Made by a program: the position numbers and the translations under genes. A model generated the notes under the pieces. That model searched no databases. It was not told where the DNA came from and saw only the letters and a list, made by a program, of their open reading frames with translations. From IMG/VR virus record IMGVR_UViG_3300045988_072726, positions 1 to 5,497 of that record: a stretch of 5,497 nucleotides of DNA; one strand, given 5' to 3'. Below are positions 1-5,120 of this stretch, piece after piece. This stretch comes from a virus. Each line of letters starts with the position of its first letter. The first letter of the stretch is position 1.

Positions 1-55
1 TCAAAGACATGATAAAAGCCGGAATAAATCCAATACTAGCAGCACAGTTAGGTGC
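1..55. repeat. 55-nt terminal redundancy, identical to 5443..5497. This is circular-genome closure, not a biological repeat.
   Basis: Direct base-by-base comparison: tcaaagacatgataaaagccggaataaatccaatactagcagcacagttaggtgc occurs at both ends of the window. A single ORF (VP2) reads through the junction in frame. Confidence 0.9.
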
Positions 56-290
56 AACCGGCCTATCAGGTGGAAGCATGGCAAGCGCAGGACTGGCAAG
101 CGGAGCAATGGCCAGCGGACACACCGCACAAATGCAACAGCAAACCGTACCGGATATCATCCGAAAAATCGGTTACGCCATAACAACGGCAAAAGAAGCA
201 GCGAAAGGATTGGAGGGATACACAAAAGAACTAGCTAACGAGAAACTGAACAAATACGCGAAACAGGCAATTGGAAACCTGAAAGGCTAA
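1..290 (+). CDS. VP2: VP2 minor capsid / DNA pilot protein, C-terminal part. It continues the ORF that begins at 5121 and crosses the circular junction; the unique CDS is 5121..5442 plus 1..290, about 203 aa.
   Basis: The reading frame is continuous with 5121..5497 because the 5442-nt unit length is divisible by 3 and position 9 corresponds to 5451 in the same frame. The region translates to a Gly/Ala/Ser-rich stretch (GATGLSGGSMASAGLASGAMASGHTAQMQQQ) followed by a C-terminus ending at TAA 288-290. It sits immediately downstream of VP1, as in gokushoviruses. Confidence 0.8.
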   Translation, partial: KDMIKAGINPILAAQLGATGLSGGSMASAGLASGAMASGHTAQMQQQTVPDIIRKIGYAITTAKEAAKGLEGYTKELANEKLNKYAKQAIGNLKG

Positions 291-296
291 ATTTTT

Positions 297-360
297 GTGT
301 CAGTCAGCCCCATTGTAACAAGGAGGCAATGGGGCTGACTGACCGGCCGCACGGCGGCCG
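297..360 (+). promoter_or_regulatory. Tandem perfect stem-loops in the VP2-VP4 intergenic region. The first has a 17-bp stem (299-315 paired with 327-343) and an 11-nt loop containing AAGGAGG. The second has a 7-bp GC stem (344-350 paired with 354-360). They are candidate terminators or ssDNA secondary-structure elements.
   Basis: gtcagtcagccccattg (299-315) is the exact reverse complement of caatggggctgactgac (327-343). cggccgc (344-350) is the reverse complement of gcggccg (354-360). The structure sits between the VP2 stop (290) and the VP4 SD (365-372). Confidence 0.6.
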
Positions 361-380
361 AGAGAAAGGAGGTGAAAACA

Positions 381-1412
381 TTGCCATGTTATCATCCTTT
401 GCGGCGCTGGTGGTGGGGTGAAACCGACCAAGACGGGAAGCAAATCAACGCCAAAATTACAGGCTGGGAAGTTGATACACTATTCGAAAGGCCGGTAGGC
501 TTTGGAAAACTTCGCGGGAACTGGTCAGCGGAAGAATGGAGCGAGGAAATACCATGCGGAAAATGCATCGGATGCAGACTAGAATACAGCCGACAATGGG
601 CAAACCGCTGTATGCTTGAAGCGCAAGAATGGCCGGAAAACTGGTTTATAACACTAACCTACGACGATGCACATTTACCATTCAAAGAACGCATAAACAC
701 CAAAACCGGGGAAATGACGGAGGAATTCACGCCGTCATTATATCCGCCAGACATAACAAAATTTATGAAAGACCTCCGGCGATACTGGGAATACCACTAC
801 GGAGAGCAAAACATAAGGTTTTACGCATGCGGGGAATACGGAAGCCACACAGCAAGACCACACTACCACATAATAGCATTTAACCTAAAACTACACGACC
901 TACAACCATGCGGACGAAGCAAAAGCGGGAAAATGCAATGGGACAGTCCAGCAATCCGAAAAATATGGGGTAGAGGACTAACAGCACTAGGACATGTAGA
1001 ATATGATTCATGTGCATATGTCGCAAGATATATGCTGAAAAAACAGAAAGGAGAGAACGCAAAAAAATACTACGCAGAAATGGGACTCGAACCAGAATTT
1101 ACAAGAAGCAGCCGCCGGCCGGGCATTGCAGCAGGATATTTTGAGCGCAACAAGGAAAAAATATATCATTATGATGAAATCGTGTTACCGGGGAATAAAG
1201 TGATAAGACCTCCAAAATACTACGATAAGTTATACGATATAGAAAATCCGAAAGAACTTGAAACAATAAAAAGTGCGCGCAAAGCGGCGGCAAAAGAAGC
1301 AGAAAAGATAGAGCTTGCAAAAACAACACTAACAAAGGGTGAATTACTAGCACTCAAAGAACGAACTGCAAAAGAAAAAATGAAGAAACTTCCTCGAGAG
1401 CTTAACGAATAA
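381..1412 (+). CDS. VP4: VP4 replication initiation protein, a rolling-circle HUH endonuclease that is the gokushovirus analog of phiX174 gene A. The probable start is TTG 381; the ORF track begins at GTG 372.
   Basis: Contains the conserved PCGKCIGCR cysteine motif. Rolling-circle motif 1 is FITLTYDD (~645-668), the HUH motif is PHYHIIAFN (~861-887), and the catalytic two-tyrosine motif is YVARYMLKK (~1017-1043; compare phiX A protein YVAKYVNKK). The SD AAAGGAGGTG (365-374) is 6-8 nt upstream of TTG 381, whereas GTG 372 lies inside the SD itself. Confidence 0.9.
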   Translation: MPCYHPLRRWWWGETDQDGKQINAKITGWEVDTLFERPVGFGKLRGNWSAEEWSEEIPCGKCIGCRLEYSRQWANRCMLEAQEWPENWFITLTYDDAHLPFKERINTKTGEMTEEFTPSLYPPDITKFMKDLRRYWEYHYGEQNIRFYACGEYGSHTARPHYHIIAFNLKLHDLQPCGRSKSGKMQWDSPAIRKIWGRGLTALGHVEYDSCAYVARYMLKKQKGENAKKYYAEMGLEPEFTRSSRRPGIAAGYFERNKEKIYHYDEIVLPGNKVIRPPKYYDKLYDIENPKELETIKSARKAAAKEAEKIELAKTTLTKGELLALKERTAKEKMKKLPRELNE

Positions 1413-1418
1413 CCAAAC

Positions 1419-1458
1419 AAAGGGGGCAAGCCCCCTTTACCCCCCTGCAAAAGGGGGG
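1419..1458 (+). terminator. Two adjacent GC-rich hairpins immediately after the VP4 stop. One pairs aaagggggc with gcccccttt; the other pairs cccccc with gggggg across a tgcaaaa loop, followed by atttatttat. Likely an intrinsic terminator, possibly also a structured ssDNA element.
   Basis: 1419-1427 is the reverse complement of 1430-1438. 1440-1445 (cccccc) pairs with 1453-1458 (gggggg) with a 7-nt loop. A T/A-rich tract follows at 1459-1468. The element begins 7 nt downstream of TAA 1410-1412. Confidence 0.55.
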
Positions 1459-1503
1459 ATTTATTTATCCGGAGAAACATTATGCAAGATGTAAAAAAAT
1501 TTA

Positions 1504-1556
1504 CTGACACAATTGGTGAAATGCATATAGAAATACAAACAGAAAAATAGTATAAT
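1504..1556 (+). promoter_or_regulatory. Candidate sigma70-type promoter elements upstream of the 62-aa ORF. There is a perfect TATAAT at 1551-1556. An alternative pair is cTGACA (1504-1509) with TATAGA (1526-1531) at a 16-nt spacing.
   Basis: Hexamer matches were read directly from the sequence in the AT-rich 1459-1581 intergenic segment, and SD GGAG 1570-1573 precedes ATG 1582. The -35 partner for the TATAAT (tagaaa, 1528-1533) is weak. Confidence 0.35.
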
Positions 1557-1581
1557 AAGACCATAGAAAGGAGATAAAAAC

Positions 1582-1770
1582 ATGAAAATACAAAACACCG
1601 CATTCAAAAACAAAACAAACAGAGACATGGCCTACAAAGAATTAAAAGAACACAAAATCCGCTGCGATACCTACAACATAAAAGATGGGTATTATTATGT
1701 AGCATGGTGTCCCTACAACAAAGAGCAATATCAAAAAGCAGTAAAAATAGTGGAAAGCCACTTGGACTAA
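1582..1770 (+). CDS. Hypothetical 62-aa protein, an orphan small ORF. It has no recognisable family, contains two Cys, and is Lys/Tyr-rich.
   Basis: ATG is preceded by AAAGGAG (1567-1573). The ORF is in the same orientation as all other genes and fills the VP4-to-VP5-region gap, with a candidate promoter upstream. Confidence 0.5.
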   Translation: MKIQNTAFKNKTNRDMAYKELKEHKIRCDTYNIKDGYYYVAWCPYNKEQYQKAVKIVESHLD

Positions 1771-1788
1771 ATGAAAGGGGGTGAAAAA

Positions 1789-1902
1789 ATGACGAACCTA
1801 AACAGCGTAAGAAAAGACAAAAAGGTATTCAAAGAAACCGCAGCAAAAACCAAAAGAATCAACATCGCGCCCAAAGTAATGCGCGGCGGCATCAGACTGT
1901 AA
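1789..1902 (+). CDS. Small, highly basic 37-aa peptide (MTNLNSVRKDKKVFKETAAKTKRINIAPKVMRGGIRL). Candidate ssDNA-binding/packaging protein, like gokushovirus ORF8 or phiX174 J.
   Basis: It is not in the supplied ORF track because it is below the size cutoff. ATG 1789 is preceded by GGGGGTG (1777-1783), and the ORF ends at TAA 1900-1902. 11 of its 37 residues are K or R. Its position, between the rep gene and the scaffold/capsid genes, matches small basic J-like ORFs in other Microviridae. Confidence 0.5.
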   Translation: MTNLNSVRKDKKVFKETAAKTKRINIAPKVMRGGIRL

Positions 1903-1927
1903 ACAAAACAAAAAAGGAGAAAAAACG

Positions 1928-2185
1928 ATGAAAACCAACATTTACGCATTCAAAGACACGAAAATAGGCTTTATGCAGCCATTCCTCCAGCAGAACGAAG
2001 CAGTTGCCATGCGAACCTTAAAAATGGCCGTGAACGATGAACACAGCCAGATTAGAAACATGGCAGAAGATATCCAGCTTTATCAGCTGGGAACCTTTAA
2101 CGATGATACCGGCGAAATCAAACCGGAAGTAAAATTTATAGCAAACGCCATCGACCACAAAGAGGAAAAGAACAATGGAAATTAA
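1928..2185 (+). CDS. Hypothetical 85-aa acidic protein. Positionally it is a VP5-like (phiX C analog) candidate.
   Basis: AGGAG (1915-1919) lies 8 nt upstream of ATG 1928. It is on the same strand as the other genes. No motif I can assign. Confidence 0.5.
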   Translation: MKTNIYAFKDTKIGFMQPFLQQNEAVAMRTLKMAVNDEHSQIRNMAEDIQLYQLGTFNDDTGEIKPEVKFIANAIDHKEEKNNGN

Positions 2186-2348
2186 CGAACTGGTAAACAT
2201 CATCGGGACAATCGGTTTTCCGTGTGTAATTGCGCTGCTGCTCCTGAAAAACAATCAGGAGCAAGCAACCATCATACGAGAAAACACCAAAGTAATTCAG
2301 GCATTAGCCGACCGAATCGACAATGTGCTATCAAAAGGAGAAGAATAA
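2175..2348 (+). CDS. Putative holin, 57 aa, with a single N-terminal transmembrane helix and a charged C-terminal tail. BhlA/UviB-like topology.
   Basis: Translation is MEINELVNIIGTIGFPCVIALLLLKNNQEQATIIRENTKVIQALADRIDNVLSKGEE. It has one ~19-residue hydrophobic segment followed by a polar, coiled-coil-like tail. ATG 2175 follows GAGGAAAAG (2162-2170), and its stop TAA 2346-2348 abuts the amidase ATG 2349. It is not in the ORF track (under 60 aa). Confidence 0.5.
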   Translation: MEINELVNIIGTIGFPCVIALLLLKNNQEQATIIRENTKVIQALADRIDNVLSKGEE

Positions 2349-2957
2349 ATGAAGCTGCACACACGAATAGCATACAAAAATGCATGCTACCAAGAAGGAC
2401 AAAAGATGAAACCCAAGGGCATCATGATACACAGCACAGGATGCAACAATCCAAACCTACGAAGATATGTCGGGCCGGATGATGGAATCCTCGGAAAAAA
2501 CATCTACAAAAACCATTGGAACAACGCCTATCCGGGCGGGAAAGCAATATGCTGCCACGCATTCATAGGCAAAGACAAAAACGGAGAAATCCGAACCTAC
2601 AAAATATTACCATGGGATATGGTGGGCTGGCATTGTGGAGGAAAAGCAAACAAAACGCACATCGGCATCGAAATCTGCGAAGACCATCCAAACACAGAAC
2701 ACTACCGGGAAACATTCCGGGAAGCCGTAGAAGTAGCGGCATACTTATGCAGAGTATACCAAATCCAGCCGAAAAACATAATCAGCCACAAAGAGGGCCA
2801 CGCAAAAGGCATCGCAAGCAACCACGGAGATCCGGAACATTGGTGGATGAACTACGGTGTAACAATGGATCACTTCAGAACGGAAGTAGCAAAAGAACTC
2901 GACAGACACAAAAGCTATAACATGATGATATACGATGAGAAAGGGGAAAACACATGA
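2349..2957 (+). CDS. N-acetylmuramoyl-L-alanine amidase, Amidase_2/PGRP family (T7 lysozyme-like endolysin), 202 aa.
   Basis: Motifs align with T7 lysozyme: IMIHSTGCNNP matches IFVHCSATKP (Zn-ligand His). AICCHAFIGKDKNGEI matches GYHFIIKRDGTVE. WHCGGKANKTHIGIEIC matches GSHAKGYNHNSIGVCLVG. ISHKEGHAKGIASNHGDPEHWW matches AHHEVAPKACPSFDLKRWW. AAGGAG (2333-2338) lies upstream, and the stop overlaps the VP3 start (ATGA 2954-2957). Confidence 0.8.
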   Translation: MKLHTRIAYKNACYQEGQKMKPKGIMIHSTGCNNPNLRRYVGPDDGILGKNIYKNHWNNAYPGGKAICCHAFIGKDKNGEIRTYKILPWDMVGWHCGGKANKTHIGIEICEDHPNTEHYRETFREAVEVAAYLCRVYQIQPKNIISHKEGHAKGIASNHGDPEHWWMNYGVTMDHFRTEVAKELDRHKSYNMMIYDEKGENT

Positions 2958-3451
2958 ACTTTTACAGCCGGATTAACCCGGCGCCGGTAATCGAAGCGCC
3001 GGCCGGAAGCAAAGAAGCAACAACCTATCAAACACAAATAGACGAGAACGGCCACAAAGTAACGGTACCGACCGGAAAAACCAACATCTACGACCGCATT
3101 CAAAGCAGCCTTGAGGAAACCAAAATTGAAAACATCATCAAACGATTTACGGAAGGTGATATCTCGGCATTCAGACAGGGCGAACCGCTGTATGCAGACA
3201 TGACCGAAGCACCACGAACACTGATGGAAGCGCAGAACATGATAATCCGCATTACAAACGAATTCAACGAACTGCCAGTAGAGATAAGAGCAAAATTTGA
3301 CCACAGCCCGGAAAAATATGTTGCACTGTACGGCGGCGAAGCATGGGCGAAGGCAGTGGGCTATGAAATCAAAAAAGCCGACACAGGCGAAATTCAGGGC
3401 GCTGGCGATACCAGCACAGAACCTATTCCGGAACAGGAGGAGAAAGCATGA
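2954..3451 (+). CDS. VP3: VP3 internal scaffolding protein (analog of phiX174 B), 165 aa.
   Basis: It lies immediately upstream of, and translationally coupled to, VP1 (ATGA 3448-3451). The composition is acidic (EPIPEQEEKA tail). The sequence features IYDRIQSSLEE...NELPVEIRAKFDHSPEKYV are typical of gokushovirus VP3. Confidence 0.75.
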   Translation: MNFYSRINPAPVIEAPAGSKEATTYQTQIDENGHKVTVPTGKTNIYDRIQSSLEETKIENIIKRFTEGDISAFRQGEPLYADMTEAPRTLMEAQNMIIRITNEFNELPVEIRAKFDHSPEKYVALYGGEAWAKAVGYEIKKADTGEIQGAGDTSTEPIPEQEEKA

Positions 3452-5106
3452 ACAGAAACACCGAAAGCCATTTTTCAGTAAATCCGATAAACCTTGATAT
3501 CCAGCGAAGTAAATTCGTTAGACCATCGACACACAAAACCACATTCAACGCAGGAAACCTAATTCCAATTTATGTTGATGAAGTACTCCCGGGCGATACA
3601 TTCAAAATGAACATGAGCAGTGTAATTCGTATGAGCACGCCAATCTATCCGGTAATGGATAACGCCAACATGGATGTATACTTCTTCTTCGTACCTAACC
3701 GCCTAGTGTGGGAGCACTGGAAAGAGTTTTTCGGAGAAAACAACACGACACACTGGGAGCAACCAGTCGAATACGAGGTACCACAAATCACAGCACCGGC
3801 GGGAGGATGGGCAAAAGGAACAATCGCCGACTATATGGGCATTCCGACGCTCATTAGTAATATCAGCGTGCAAGCACTGCCTTTCAGGGCATACTGTAAA
3901 ATATGGAATGACTGGTTCCGCGACCAGAACTTAAAAGACCCGGCTATGATAAGCCTTGACGAAACAACCACGGCCGGAGCCAACACCGGGGACTATGTAA
4001 CCAACGCAGAAAAGGGAGCGCTACCGCTTAAAGTAGCAAAATACCATGACTATTTCACAGCGGCATTACCGGAACCGCAAAAAGGGCCGGAAGTCACAAT
4101 CGGCGGCGTAGGCGGCTACATGCCTGTAATTACAAGGGATGAACTTGTAACCGACACAGAAAAAAACATGAAGTGGTACACACCGGGCAACACCACAGCA
4201 ACCAATTATGCACTTGGATATACGAGCCAAGTAAATGCAAGAGGAGCAAACGACATAAAAACGGCCGTATACGGAAGCGGATTCGTAAACCAAAATCCAA
4301 TAGCACCGGCTAACCTTTGGGCAGATATGACCGTAGGAACAGCTACCAGCATTAACGCACTGCGGCAGGCGTTTGCAATTCAACGATTGTACGAGAAGAA
4401 CGCACGAGGCGGAACAAGGTACATCGAAATCATAAAGGCGCATTTTGGGGTACAATCACCGGATGCAAGGCAGCAACGAAGTGAATACCTCGGCGGAACT
4501 CGCGTACCCATCAACATGGACCAAGTAGTACAGACATCCAACACGGCCGAGGGCAGCACACCGCAGGGTAACACGGCTGCATACTCTCTGACGGCATTCA
4601 ATGAAAGCATGTTCACAAAATCGTTTACCGAACACGGATACATTATCGGCCTTGCATGCATCAGAACGGAACACACATACCAGCAGGGCATAGAACGGTT
4701 TTGGAGCCGAAAAAAGATGCTGGACTATTATTTCCCGACATTGGCAAACCTCGGAGAACAGGCCATCCTTAACAAAGAAATCTATGCACAAGGGAGCACA
4801 ACAGACGATGAAGCATTCGGGTACCAAGAAGCATGGGCAGAATACCGATACAAGCCGAGCCGAGTATCGGGAGCAATGCGAAGCAACTACCAAACCACAC
4901 TGGACGCATGGCACTATGCAGACAAATACACAAGCCAGCCGATTTTATCAAGCGAATGGATTGATGAAACAAGCGCCAACATTGATAGAACACTGGCCGT
5001 ACAAAGCGCCACCGAAGACCAATTCATAGCAGACTTTTATTTTGCCTGCGAAGCAACAAGACCAATGCCGCTATACAGCATTCCGGGCCTGATTGACCAT
5101 CACTAA
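3448..5106 (+). CDS. VP1: VP1 major capsid protein (Microviridae F-protein fold), 552 aa.
   Basis: The N-terminus MNRNTESHFSVNPINLDIQRSKFVRPSTHKTTFNAGNLIPIYVDEVLPGDTFK carries the canonical gokushovirus VP1 signature (HFS...RS.F...HKTTF.AG.L.P...LPGD.F). It is the longest ORF. GGAGGAG (3436-3442) is upstream, and TAA falls at 5104-5106. Confidence 0.95.
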   Translation: MNRNTESHFSVNPINLDIQRSKFVRPSTHKTTFNAGNLIPIYVDEVLPGDTFKMNMSSVIRMSTPIYPVMDNANMDVYFFFVPNRLVWEHWKEFFGENNTTHWEQPVEYEVPQITAPAGGWAKGTIADYMGIPTLISNISVQALPFRAYCKIWNDWFRDQNLKDPAMISLDETTTAGANTGDYVTNAEKGALPLKVAKYHDYFTAALPEPQKGPEVTIGGVGGYMPVITRDELVTDTEKNMKWYTPGNTTATNYALGYTSQVNARGANDIKTAVYGSGFVNQNPIAPANLWADMTVGTATSINALRQAFAIQRLYEKNARGGTRYIEIIKAHFGVQSPDARQQRSEYLGGTRVPINMDQVVQTSNTAEGSTPQGNTAAYSLTAFNESMFTKSFTEHGYIIGLACIRTEHTYQQGIERFWSRKKMLDYYFPTLANLGEQAILNKEIYAQGSTTDDEAFGYQEAWAEYRYKPSRVSGAMRSNYQTTLDAWHYADKYTSQPILSSEWIDETSANIDRTLAVQSATEDQFIADFYFACEATRPMPLYSIPGLIDHH

Positions 5107-5120
5107 AGGAGGGGCAAACA

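Noticed and set aside
329-418. 29-aa mini-ORF starting at ATG 329 just after the AAGGAGG in the hairpin loop.
   Set aside because: The ATG lies inside the 17-bp stem and would be occluded. The ORF is out of frame with VP4 and has no features of a real peptide. It is more likely an incidental consequence of the structured element (noted in the hairpin finding).
2175-2348. Alternative interpretation of the 57-aa TM protein as a membrane-anchored structural or assembly peptide rather than a holin.
   Set aside because: Not fully rejected. However, its position immediately 5' of an endolysin gene, its single TM followed by a charged tail, and its size fit a holin better than any known gokushovirus structural protein. 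Confidence is kept moderate.
2516-2920. 134-aa extremely arginine-rich ORF in an alternate + frame inside the amidase gene. Similar basic alt-frame ORFs occur at 629..883, 2222..2482, 3297..3497 and 4784..5029.
   Set aside because: Overprinted genes do exist in Microviridae (phiX E, K, B). These have no SD upstream of their ATGs, and their basic composition is exactly what the A-rich sequence gives in shifted frames (AAA/AGA/CGA/CAA codons). I cannot support them as genes without conservation or Ribo-seq evidence.
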